A DNA stretch of 64,000 nt from Octopus vulgaris (lineage: Eukaryota), in NCBI GenBank assembly GCA_951406725.2, contig OX597815.1:188232001-188296000 (forward strand), read 5' to 3'. Below are positions 51,136 through 64,000 of the stretch, piece by piece. Each line of letters opens with the position of its first letter. The first letter of the stretch is position 1. Under the pieces are notes generated by a model. That model worked only from the letters and a program-made list of their open reading frames with translations, made no database searches and was not told the DNA's origin. The translations under genes were made by a program, and so were the position numbers.

Positions 51136-51747
51136 TTCATCATCATCATCATCATCGTTTAACGTCTGCTTTCCACGCTAGCATGGGTTGGACGATTTGA
51201 CTGAGGTCTGGCGAACCAGATGGCTGCACCAGACGCCAATCTGATCTGGCAGAGTTTCTACAGCTGGATGCCTTTCCTAACGCCAACCACTCCGAGAGTG
51301 TAATGGGTACTTTTATGTGCCACTGGCATGAGGGCCAGTCAGGCGGTACTGGCAGTAGCCTCACTCAAATCATTCAAGAAATAAGTAATTACATCATCAA
51401 AATCTTGAAGCTACAAGACAATCCATGATTAATTTAAAACAATGTAAATGAATAATTCTAACATCAAACAGGAAAATCTGTATATGTGTGTGTGTGTGTG
51501 TGTTTGTGTGCATGTGTGTATATGAGTGTGTGTCACTGTCCCTCACCACTTCTTGACAACTAATGTCAGTGAGTTTACGTCCCCCGTTACTTAGCGGTCA
51601 GACAAAAGTGACTGATAGAATACATACCAGGCCTAAAAGAAATTAAGTACCGAAAATCGATTCATTCGACTAAGAATTCTTCAAGGCAGTGCTCCAGCAT
51701 GACCACAGTCTAATAACTGAAACAAGTAAAAGAACAAAAGAATAAAA

Positions 51748-52155
51748 AGGCGTAGGAGTGGCTGTGTGGTAAGACGCTTACTGCCCAACCACATGGTCCC
51801 AGGTTCACTCCCACTGAATGACACCTTGGACAAATGTCTTCTATTATAGCTTTCAGCTGACTAAAGCCTTGAGTGGGTTTGGTAGACAGAATGTGAAAGA
51901 AACCTTGTAACTACCAGTGGATTGTATATGTGTATGTGTGCATGTATGTTTGTGTCTGTGTTTGTTCCCCCAACATTGCTTGACAACCGATGCTGGTGTA
52001 TTTAGGTCTCCGTAACTTAGCGGTTCGGTAAGAGTGACCGATAGAATAAGTACTAGGCTTACAAAGAATAAGTTCTGGGGTCGATTTGATCAACTGAAGG
52101 CGTAACTCCAGCATGGCCACAGTCAAATGACTGAAACTAGGAAAAGAGAGTAAAA
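51748..52155 (+). mobile_element. SINE family A, mosaic copy
   Basis: Head segment nearly identical to 50788-50948; young tail. Confidence 0.8.
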
Positions 52156-52759
52156 GGCTATAGTATCCAATTTCCTTGTATTGGGTTGTCCTTCATGCAA
52201 GCCATATTTATTGATACTTTCTGTAGACACATATAAACATGTGAAGACTTTTATGTGCCACTGGCATGAGGGCCAGTCAGGCGGTACTGGCAGTAGCCTC
52301 ACTCAAATGGTGCTTTTCATGTGCCACCTGCACAGGAGCCACTCCAGTGACACTGATCTATAAATGTTCTAATATCTACACAGCCTTGGTTTTTTATCTC
52401 ATTATGCAAAAAATTCTTATATGTGTGTGTGTGTGTGTGTTTGTGTGCATGTGTGTATATGAGTGTGTGTCACTGTCCCTCACCACTTCTTGACAACTAA
52501 TGTCAGTGAGCTTACGTCCCCCGTTATCTTGTAGGAAGCCAGACTTCTCACACTCACACAAAACATAAACAGACATAAAGAGATAGATTTTACTGGTTTC
52601 GGTCATTAGACTGCAGTTATGTTTGTTGACTTACAAACTTCAAGGGTTTAGCTGATGATATTGATTTCAGATTTAGGCACAAGGTCAGTTAGTTTGGAGT
52701 AGAGTGGGTGGCTACTCACTTATATTGACCCCAGTACACAACTGGTACATATTGTTAAT

Positions 52760-53158
52760 TCTTTATTGCCCACAAGGGGCTAAACATAGAAGGGACAAAC
52801 AAGGACAGACAAAGGGATTAAGTCGATTACGTCAACCCCAGTGCATGACTGGTACTTAATTTATCGATCCCAAATGGATGAAAGGCAAAGTCGACCTCGG
52901 CGGAATTTGAACCTAGTATGTAGCGGAAGACAAAATACCTATTTCTTTACTACCGACAAGGGGCTAAACACAGAGAGGACAAACAAGGACAGACAAAGGG
53001 ATTAAGTCGATTACATTGACTCCAGTGCGTGACTGGTGCTTATTTAATCGACCTCGAAAGGATGAAAGGCAAAGTCAACCTCGGTGGAATTTGAACTCAG
53101 AATGTAGCGGCAGACAAAATACTGCTAAGCATTTCACCTGGCGTACTAACATTTCTGC
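52760..53158 (-). mobile_element. Dimeric family-B SINE
   Basis: Same junction as the 21244 and 48069 copies. Confidence 0.85.
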
Positions 53159-53174
53159 ATACATACATATATAT

Positions 53175-53249
<75 letters not shown>

Positions 53250-53391
53250 TATATATATACATATATTACATATATATCATCATCATCATCATCATCATCA
53301 TCGTTTAACGTCCGTTTCCCGCGCTAGCACGGGTTGGACGGTTCGACCGGGGTCTGGGAGCCAGGGGCTGCACCAGGCTCCAGTCTGATCA

Positions 53392-53511
<120 letters not shown>

Positions 53512-53514
53512 TTT

Positions 53515-53727
53515 TTATACTCTAGGCACAAGGCTGGAAATTTCGGGAGAGGGGGACCAGTCAATTAGATTGGCACCAGTATGCAACTGGTACTTTATTT
53601 ATCGACCCTGGAAGGATGAAAAGCGAAGTTGACCTTGGTGGAATTTGAACTCAGAACATAAAGACAGACAAAATACCACTAAGAATTTTTCCTAGGATGC
53701 TAATGTTTCTGCCAGCTTGCCGCCTTA
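53515..53727 (-). mobile_element. Family-B SINE (alternative tail) within (GATA)n
   Basis: Head, core and CCTAGAGTA tail. Confidence 0.75.
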
Positions 53728-53806
53728 GATAAATAAATAGGTAGGTAGGTTGGTAGATAGATAGATTGACTGATAGATAGACAGACACTGTTAGGCAGAC
53801 AGATAA

Positions 53807-53864
<58 letters not shown>

Positions 53865-54559
53865 GAATAAACAGATTTAGATAGATAGATAAATTTGTAG
53901 TATTGGATGAGAAAAGGACATGTTAAATTAAATGCGTTACAATGTTTAGTTTTGTTCACCAAGGTTCTGAATTCAAATCCTGCCTGGCTAAACTTTGTCT
54001 TTCATCTCTGCAGGTTCGATAAAGTCAGCATAAACATCAGCAATGCATTAGAGTTGATTCCAGTCAATAGTCTTCTCTCTTTCCCCTTCACCCGCTCTTT
54101 CTTTCTCTCTCTCTCTCTCTCTCTCTTTCCCCTTTCTCTCTTTCACAAAAATTGGCCTCCTGCCTGAATAAGAAATCAATATTATATTACAGAGAGAAAT
54201 ATATAGAATATAATTAGATTGCTCGTCTTAGTATTTTAACGGAGATTCATAGTTACTTATATAGGCTGTACAAAAGGAAAACTAATCTTATACTGCTCAT
54301 TCTTAGGTACAGGCTGATTATGAATATTTCTATATCCATACACACTCAGCATAAATTTCTTGCTTTTTTTTTTTTTAATTACTATTGTATATAATGCTAA
54401 CTAAATATACATAGAGAAATGTATAAAAATCAAAGGCTTTTGGTTAGATGTGGATAAGATAAATTTTTATTAATAATATTGCTGAGACCTGAGTGTAAAA
54501 TAGAATGCGAATGAAAGAAGAATATAAAAATGACTCATGTGACATTTGTCAGCATGTAA

Positions 54560-54574
54560 ATAATAATACTAATG

Positions 54575-54635
<61 letters not shown>

Positions 54636-54643
54636 TGATGGTG

Positions 54644-54701
<58 letters not shown>

Positions 54702-54791
54702 TGGTATTGATGGTGATGATGATGATGATGATAATAATAATAAAAAATAATAATAATAATAATAATAATGATGATGGTGATGATGATGATG

Positions 54792-54852
<61 letters not shown>

Positions 54853-55208
54853 TAATAATAATAATAATGACGGTGATGATGATGCTGATGCTGATTATGA
54901 TGATCTAAAGAACAATGCTGACATCAACAAATAAGATGGCGATGGTGACGAGGATGATGATGATGAGGATGATGATGATGATTATGACGATGATGATGAT
55001 GAGGATGATGACTGCAGTGGTGGTGGTGGTGGTGATGATGATGATGATGGTGATGGAGATTGTTGATAGTAATTGCAGCAATAAATACAAAAGGAATGTT
55101 TAGGAAGAGGAAATGTATAAGGGGAAGAAAGACATTCACTGATGCTTAATCATAGCCAATGTTAGTCTAGTCCAATAATACTTATTCTCTGTTTTTGTTG
55201 TTATGCTC

Positions 55209-55291
<83 letters not shown>

Positions 55292-55568
55292 TCCATTGTT
55301 GTTGTTTTGTTTTTGTTTCTTTGATTTTTTTTTGTTTTATTTATCTATCTATTTACTTATTTAGTTATTTTGCAAATATTTTCTCAGAATCTTAGTTACT
55401 AGGTGTATATCATGAAATAACTTTCATTTGTATTTGAGGTTGGTTTATTGTGATAGGAACTAGAGGTAGGCAGGCATCATTCATCTCCATTCTTAAAGAT
55501 ATACATACAGTCATACATACATACATACATACATTCATACATACATACGTACATACATACATACATAC

Positions 55569-55599
<31 letters not shown>

Positions 55600-55793
55600 C
55601 ACATATAGTATACATATATGTATATTTATATATGCATACATATATATGTATATTTATATATACACATGTATGTATATTTTATATTCATATTGTATATATA
55701 TATAATAACAAAATAATAAATAAAACATATGCATATATACATACATATATGTACATACCTACATCTATATGTATATATACATGCATATATGGG

Positions 55794-55834
<41 letters not shown>

Positions 55835-55980
55835 CATACATACGCACACACACACACACACACACATATATATCATATTTATATGCATATATGTATATAT
55901 ATATATTATACATATATGTATATTCATATATATATACACCCCATACACACATATATATAATATATATATATATAAATGTT
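54560..55980. repeat. Cluster of (AAT)n, (GAT)n, (TAT)n, (TACA)n and (TA)n microsatellites
   Basis: Direct reading. Confidence 0.95.
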
Positions 55981-57344
55981 AACAAGGAAGTTTTTATATA
56001 GTTGATCAAAGTCTGCTAGAAATAGCAGCCTATTTGTCAACAAATCACACTTTAGCTACTTAAAAATAAATAAATGAACGACTAAATAAAATAGAGGAGT
56101 GGGAGAAAGTGATATTGAGTAATATAGTTTTAGATACACTATGCTTGGGAAAAAAAAAAAAAGAAAATTGTGAGGGGAAAGTCAAGGATGGAATGCTTTT
56201 GATCATATTAGTTGCTGGTCTGCTGGACCAAGCCTGACTCGGGGCTAAATAATAATAACAGAAAACAACATCAACAACTAGATGTCAATGTGTATAGCAG
56301 TAACACATGTCTCTTCAGAATATTACTATGCTGCTTATTTCCTTCCTATATGCCCCACTTCACAGTACAATGTATCATTCTCAGTGTGTTGCATAAAGCA
56401 AATGCTGCCATTTAAATGGAGATGAGCCGATAAATAAATATTTGAACAACTATTATATAGCAGAACGTGTTTTCATAAATATGTTCTATTTACTGATTGC
56501 TTAAATATGTTAAACACACTAGCTTCTTTTTGATTTGTTTATCAAAGAACATTTTATGTAGTATCACATCATATTTAATATCAAATTACAAGGCGTTATA
56601 AATTTCTATATTAAAATAGTTTATAAATAAATAACTAGATTTTTATTTCTTCTCTCAATTCAAGAAAACTTCAGCATAGTTCAATAGAAATTATTTAGAT
56701 ATACATGCAACATCTCCGATTATTTCGAATTTTTCTTCCATTTAATTATTTTCCCATATTATTTCTAAACAAATTTTCTAATCCACAAAATTTTCATTTT
56801 CAATAATGCATAATTCTTGACGTTTTTCCAACACTAATTAGATTTTTCTCTTTATAGACGTACATGTTATATAATTTGATTGTAAACATAAAAGTCCATG
56901 TAATCTCTAATTTTTGAAAACATTCATTATTTCCAAATGCTTTATTTTTTAGAAAATAATTTTAAATAGGCATATATGTTGATAATTATAATATGGTTGT
57001 CAAGGAATTTTTAATTTCATTTTAAAATCAATAAACAGTATATTATTTAGTGAGAACCTAATCCGATCAAAGCTTTATTTTCTTGAAGATTAAATTTCTA
57101 ATATATTTGTGATTATTTATTTAATAAGTTGATGCAAATTGTTAATTGCATTATACTGCTGCAGATAGATAGATAAATGCAACAATAACATGTGTACAGT
57201 CTTATTTATTTGATTTCAGTATGAGATTTATTTCAAATTGAGGTTCTTTATTATATGTAGCTTCATATATTAGTGCACGCGTACACATAGCCACACGGTT
57301 ATGGTACATAATGTGAACATTTCATATTGTATACACATATTTTA

Positions 57345-57880
<536 letters not shown>

Positions 57881-58431
57881 TGCTAACTTGAAACAAGTTT
57901 TGAGCTGCTAGTGAAATCTTAGAATACAAAATTTAGCTGATCTCAATAGACTAACGCTTTATTTAATAAAAGCTTGGAAAAAGTATAAAGAATGAACAAT
58001 GAATAGCAGTGAGAGATAGGAAGGGGTCAGGTAGGAAGCAACATGTCAAGAAATGAAGGAGATGGTAAGGGATTCATTATGTTCTGACATAATGCATTTA
58101 AAAGAAAAATAAGGTATCCTAGAAAATTCAATTTCAAAACACAATATTCTAAGCTAAACAATGGAATTGATAAAGGTCAAACATACAAGATTTTATTTCT
58201 CATTATTGTAGTTACATCATGTTAAGGAATGAAGTATTGAGTAAGAGATTCTTAGACCAGACAGTAAAATTTGAAGTGAATTCAAATTGAAGATAGTCAA
58301 ACATGGTAGATTATATTTCTTGTGTTGTTTTTACCATACAGTGATTGAGTTATGACGAATGACCAGAGCATCAATTTTCATCCTTTCTTAGGATCCATGT
58401 GATTCTTAGTGATGTGATTTGTTTGTAATAG

Positions 58432-58800
58432 ATCATCATCATCATCATCATCATTTAGCGTCCGTTTTCCATGCTAGCATGGGTTGGACGGTTCAACTGG
58501 GGTCTGTGAAGCCAGAAGGCTGCACCAGGCCCAGTCTGATCTGGCAGTGTTTCTATGGCTGGATGCCCTTCCTAACGCCAACCACTCCGCGAGTGTAGTG
58601 GGTGATTTTTACGTGCCACCCGCACAGGTGCCAGACGGAGCTGGCAAATGACCACAAATGGATGGTGCTTTTACGTGCCACTGGCACGGGGGCCAGGCGA
58701 GGCTGGCAACGGCCACGAACGGATGGTGCTTTTACGTGCCACCAGCATGGAGGCCAGTCGGGGCGGCGCTGGCAACGGCCACGAACGGATGGTGCTTTTT
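58432..58800 (-). mobile_element. (GAT)n-tailed repeat, young copy with ~62-bp internal tandem units
   Basis: GGATGGTGCTTTTACGTGCCAC...CTGGCAACGGCCACGAAC repeated. Confidence 0.85.
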
Positions 58801-59453
58801 TCTCCATCTTCATTTTCTTTGTATGTGTGTGGTTTTTTTTTTTTACCAAGTGTGTTCACTACCATTGGCACAATTTCAACTTTTTTATGCTCCACACACT
58901 TTGCAAGTTCTCTTTTCATATCAAGGTATTTCTCAATCACTCCTTGCTCCTTCTCACTCTATCTCTTGTTACCCAGGGATGCTGCATCAGTTATTGTACT
59001 GTGTGGTTTCTATCTTCTTGACGATTATTGTTGATATTGTTGTTGTTCTTCTTGTTACATGTAGCATCTACATTGTACATAAGAGAAGGAACAAAGAATA
59101 AAAGTGATCATTTGTAATGGAAAAAAGTTATTATCATTATTATTTACTTCTACTTGTATACACAGCGTAGGTGTTGACTATTGGAAAATGAAAATAATAT
59201 CTCTTCTAATCAGATCTTCCAGATACAAAATACAGTTGTAAGCAATGAAGATGTATGGTGTTGATATTTGTTTAGTTGTTTGATGTAGAATGGAAGCATG
59301 TTGAGAATGGAACCAAGTGCTGCAACTATTATTGATATCACACTTGTCTTCCTTCTCCACATTCTCAAGAGCTTATAATCATAGTTCAGAATACTTAGCT
59401 ATTTTCTCAAATACTTTTTAGGCAATATATTTGTCGTTGGTATTTAGTCTCCA

Positions 59454-59685
59454 AGGGGGCGAGCTGGCAGAATCGTTAGCACGCTGGGCGAAATGCTTAG
59501 CGGTATTTCGTCTGTCGTTACGTTCTGAGTTCAAATTTCGCCGAGGTCGACTTTGCCTTTCATCCTTTCGGGGTCGATAAATTAAGTACCAGTTACGCAC
59601 TGGGGTCGATGTAATCGACTTAATACCTATGTCTGTCCTTGTTTGTCTCCTCTATGTTTAGCCCCTTGTTGTTAATAAAGAAATA
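59454..59685 (+). mobile_element. SINE family B, full length, young
   Basis: TSD GGTATTTAGTCTCCA (59439-59453 and 59686-59700). Confidence 0.93.
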
Positions 59686-60141
59686 GGTATTTAGTCTCCA
59701 GATTTAGCAACATCATTTATTTTGTTATTTTTTTTTCTATTTACAATTACAACACAAATTTTTCTGGCTGTGGCTCAGTCTATTTGGATGTTAAACAACC
59801 ATACAATTCTTTATTTTCCAGACCCATTTGAATCATGTGCTGATACCACTTTTTACAGATATACAAAATCCATATTTTCAGCACTGATTCCAATAGAGAT
59901 AGGAACACATTTTTGTCATAGTGGCAGTTTTCATTCTTTCCAGGCTGGCATTTTGCAGTCACTAACCAATTGGCTTATATTTTCTCCATTTTTTTTGCCT
60001 TCTTAGAGATTCCTAAATGTTAGATGTTAGTTTGTATTGAATGCTTGGTATTGAACAGCTACCAGAAGGATTTCTTTGTTCTCTTTCAAATCACCTTTGC
60101 TTGACCATGTCCAGCCTTTGACCCATTTGTGTGCATCTTGA

Positions 60142-60605
60142 CCCTTTCATTACTGTATTTACTTTGAGATGCTATGTGTTTCTTTCAATTAATTTTAAAT
60201 ATAATAAAGAATTTGGTAAAATAACTTAGTTATCATTTAGCTCGCTTTAGGAACATAAATTGTGACTAAGGTTTGGTGGAAGATTTTAATTCAAAACTTA
60301 CGAAAACAAGACATTTGTACTACAGAGCCAGAGGCAGTTTCAGGTAGGTTGGTATCAAAAGGGTTAAATTAATCATTTGTTAACCCTTTTGTTACCATAT
60401 TTCTGTTGAGATGCTCTGTGTTTCTTTCAATTAATTTTAAATATAACTAAGAATTTAGTAAAATAACTTAGTTATCATTAAGCTAGTGTTAGGAACATAA
60501 ATTGAGACTAAGGTTTAGTGGAAAGTTTTAATTCAAAACTTATGAAAACAAGACATTTGTACTACAGAGCCAGAGCCAGTTTCAGCCAGGTTAGTAATGA
60601 AAGGA
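60142..60605. mobile_element. Two adjacent piggyBac-like MITEs (60142-60363 and 60384-60605), orientation opposite to the 35833 pair
   Basis: TTAA/CCCTTT termini. Confidence 0.85.
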
Positions 60606-61563
60606 TTAAACTGCTGCTGCTGACTATTATGATGTGAAAATATCTTTTTGATTCTTCCTTGAAAATGTTTTATTTCAAGTATTACTAAATGAAAATTTCT
60701 TTGGAGTTCTTGTAAAACGTACAATAATTGCCTTAGAAAGGCTCTCCTTGATCCTCAAGGTAGACAACAGGAAAAGAGGTTTGTTTCAGAAAGTTTTAAA
60801 ATATATTCTCTTGTGTCTGGGGAGAGTCATTTTCTTTTTGTGCCGTATAATGTAACACACTCACCGGTAAAATTTCCACTTATTTCTTAAAATTTTCGTT
60901 GCGTTTTGCAACCTTTTCAATAGTCTTGACTCTGTCTATTATTTACACTGCACTCTTGTTTGTTTGTTTGTGCGCATGTGTATATATATTTACAGGCTTT
61001 ACACTTTACCACCCAGAATGTCTCACCTGACATCATATTATACCACAAGAACAAAACACTACAATGGCTAAAAAGAAAGAAAAATAACACAAAATCAAAA
61101 CACACAACAAATAATACAAGAGGAAAAAGTAAACAGTAAATATTGTGAACAATTGGTTTCAAAATTTGGCACAAGGCCAGCAATTTTTGAGGGTTGGGGC
61201 AAGTTGATTGCATCAGTCCTAGTACTCAACTGGTACTTATTTTATTATTTTCTTCTCTAGGCATAAAGCCTGAAATTTTTGGGGAGGGGGCCAGTCAATT
61301 AGATTGATCCCAGTATGCAATTGGTACATAATCTATTGACCTTAAAAGGATGAAAGGTAAAGTCGACCGTGGCAGAATTTGAACTCAGAATGCAAGGATG
61401 GATGAACTGTTTCTTAGTATTTAGTCCGGCATGCTAACACTTGTGCCAGCTCACTGCCTTTATGGTATGGTGAACAAGTGAAGAAAATGTCCCAAATAAT
61501 CAAATAGATTTGAACTACATCAATAGTAGCAATTACAATAGCAACAACAACAACAACAGCAGC

Positions 61564-61756
61564 CAGCCAAGAATTTGGACTTGGAGATCTCCATTTCCAG
61601 CGACTTCGAGGGCCACCTCCCAGTGGTGTCGGGCGTCAACGAAGAGCCCTCGACTACAACAAGACGACCAAAGTTTTTTTTTGTTTCCAAGGTCTGGGGT
61701 CCCCTGCCCCTAAGCCCTAGACCATCACCTTATCACCCTTACCCATCTTGTTGCTT
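61564..61756. other. CpG-rich ~190-bp insert in an (AAC)n(AGC)n microsatellite with an HDV-like fold candidate
   Basis: Flanks aacaacaacaacagcagc duplicated; TCGAGGGC/GCCCTCGA helix. Confidence 0.4.
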
Positions 61757-62348
61757 AACAACAACAACAGCAGCAGCAGTGACTCTTAAACAGTTTCAGA
61801 TTTTATGGCCCATTCATATGGCTCCTGTATGATAACAAATCTTTCAACACTAAATTAATAAACAAAATTTTGGGTGTCTATCATTGTTACGAGAAACGAA
61901 AAATAGAGATGGGAGAATATTGTAACACACAACAGTATTTCTTTGCCACAGTGAGTAATCCAGAAGGTGAAGAGAAAAAGAAAAAAAATCTGTTTATGAA
62001 AATACAAAAATAGACTACATCAATGCTCATGCCAAGTGGTACAACAAGAACTTCAGGGCATATCGGGAGAAAAGATTTCAATTGAGAAAGGAAATAACCA
62101 TGGCACTATTATACCTCTAAACTTGAAAATGCAACCAAAAGTACTAGCTAAAATTGTTAGACATACCTGTAAATTTACATTTGTGCCCCAGTACAGAAGT
62201 TGACTTTGCGTTTCATCTTTACAGGGATGATTAAATAAGTACCAGTTAAGCACTGGGGTCAATACATCCAACTTACCCCTTCTCAGAAATTGCTGGCCTT
62301 GTGCCAAAATTTGAAACCATGATAATTATTATTATTATTATTATTATT

Positions 62349-62556
62349 GAGTGAGAGAGCAGTGTATGCCATCAGAGTGACACTGGGGTAAAATATATGT
62401 AATCCAGTATACCCATCATGACTACCCGTCTGATAAAGGTACACCAGGCACAAGCATCACAACCATATGTGCACGACATGGTGATCTCATATCAAGATAA
62501 ACAGCACATGATCTTGCAGGTGGGGCCCAGTTAGAATTTTTTTATTATCATCATCA

Positions 62557-62597
<41 letters not shown>

Positions 62598-63208
62598 GTT
62601 ATTGTTATTATTATTATTATTATTACTATTATTATTATTATTATTATTATTATTGAGTGAGAGAGCAGTTCATGCCATCAAAGTGACTCTGGGGTAAAAT
62701 ATACGAAGCCCAATATACCCATCATGACTACCCGTCTGATAAAGGTACACCAGGCACATGCATCACAACCATATGTGCGCGACATGGTGATCTCATATCA
62801 AGATAAACAGCACATGACCTTGCAGGTGGGGCCCAGTTAAAATTTTCTTCAGGTTGAGTAGCCCATCCCGCTCAAACAGTCCCTGAATAAGGGCTGTTTA
62901 AGGATGTTGAAAGAACCACCCATGTTTCCAGAGGTGAACTATTCAAACCCCAAAGAATCCCTCTCAACACATGGCTATGATGCTCCCCCACTACTTCTGC
63001 TCGTGATCAGAGATGCACATATCGTCAGCCACTAAGGGACATGCTCAACTGGTTAAGGTTAAACAACTGACAAGCAAATCTGTGGTATTGAGCAGAATAT
63101 TTGCTGTAGCCCATCTTTTATACCAAGACAAAACAATGTACATGATAACACTTCCAATCAGTTAAGATCAGAAGCCATGAGAGCCACTGCCTGGTACTGC
63201 ATCAGGGC

Positions 63209-63210
<2 letters not shown>
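62349..63210 (-). mobile_element. (AAT)n-embedded non-coding repeat (62655-63210) plus a tandem partial copy of its 3' end (62349-62540)
   Basis: Both ends abut (ATT)n; ~190-bp duplication. Confidence 0.7.
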
Positions 63211-63272
<62 letters not shown>

Positions 63273-63276
63273 TTTA

Positions 63277-63322
<46 letters not shown>

Positions 63323-63879
63323 GGCAGTGAATTGGCAGAATAATTAGTGAGTTGGACAAAATGCTTAGCAGCATTTCTTCCAACTGTTTACATTCTGAGT
63401 TTGAATACTGCTAAGGTCATCTTTGCCTTTCATCTTTTTGAGGTCGATAAAATAAAGTATCCATCAAACTCTGAAGGTTGATATAATTGAATAACCTTCC
63501 CCCTAAAATTTCATGTCTTTCTGCTTATGTTAAAATCTATTATTATTATTATTATTATTATTGATGATGATGATTTATATTCCTTACATTAATATTGCTC
63601 AAAACTGCTTTTAAGTCATCATAAAGATATGAATTATAGATCATAATCATTACTGGATATGATTAAAAGCCACTCATGATAACTGGAGAAGACAGAGAAG
63701 AAAGGAATCAATATTAAGAGGCAGTGATATTTGACTTCAGAAATACTAGAAATTTGAAAATCATTTGGCATTCATTCAAGTTCCTAGTTTTAGCAACAAC
63801 ATTTTAAGGTTGTTGAGGGAAGGGGTTATTTTATTTTTTCTGTTGCCTTTTTTGTTTCTGTCTTAATAATAGAAACCAT

Positions 63880-64000
63880 TACCGCTGTTGCCTTGCCGAG
63901 CTATGCCAGATCAACACCGAAACATGGGAATCCGCTGCTGCCGACAGAAGCGCCTGGTGACACAGTGTCAAGCACGGTGCCATGACAGCAGAGAACCTGA
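63880..64000 (+). pseudogene. RTE-clade LINE ORF2 C-terminal fragment, running off the window
   Basis: ELCQINTETWESAAADRSAW*HSVKHG matches the RTE WE..A.DR..WR motif; TGA likely from CGA. Confidence 0.75.

Noticed and set aside
58600-58800. CRISPR-like repeat/spacer pattern
   Set aside because: Spacers are homologous to each other; internal tandem units of a eukaryotic repeat; no cas genes
61575-61720. Peptide RQRRALDY resembling a TGF-beta furin site
   Set aside because: No cysteine-knot sequence or splice context follows; coincidence

Overview
AT-rich, microsatellite-dense eukaryotic DNA that is almost entirely transposon-derived. The SINE/LINE repertoire looks like an octopus (coleoid cephalopod) genome; this is inferred from pattern recognition, not from a database search. 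No host gene can be called with confidence, and nearly all ORFs in the track are microsatellite or repeat artefacts. The one long genuine ORF is a 5'-truncated but uninterrupted CR1-group LINE ORF2 (14240-16591, minus) inserted into a TA-targeting MITE. The window also holds several tRNA-derived SINE families, RTE remnants (including a bipartite non-autonomous RTE and a triple C2H2 tail), a non-autonomous Helitron, and piggyBac-, hAT- and Tc1/mariner-type MITEs. The most interesting signal is non-coding: at least four unrelated small elements carry type I hammerhead-ribozyme folds of the minimal Penelope/retrozyme kind. These are a tRNA-headed inverted element with a 14-bp TSD (7061-7567), a structured 506-nt unit with 111-bp direct repeats (31101-31717), a ~200-bp family with covarying stems (four copies), and one at 4928-5013. 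Further observations are a covarying 3' stem-loop shared by the LINE and the dominant SINE, a T^GGT target preference in another SINE family, and an HDV-like fold at ~61600. All folds were read by eye and none was computed.
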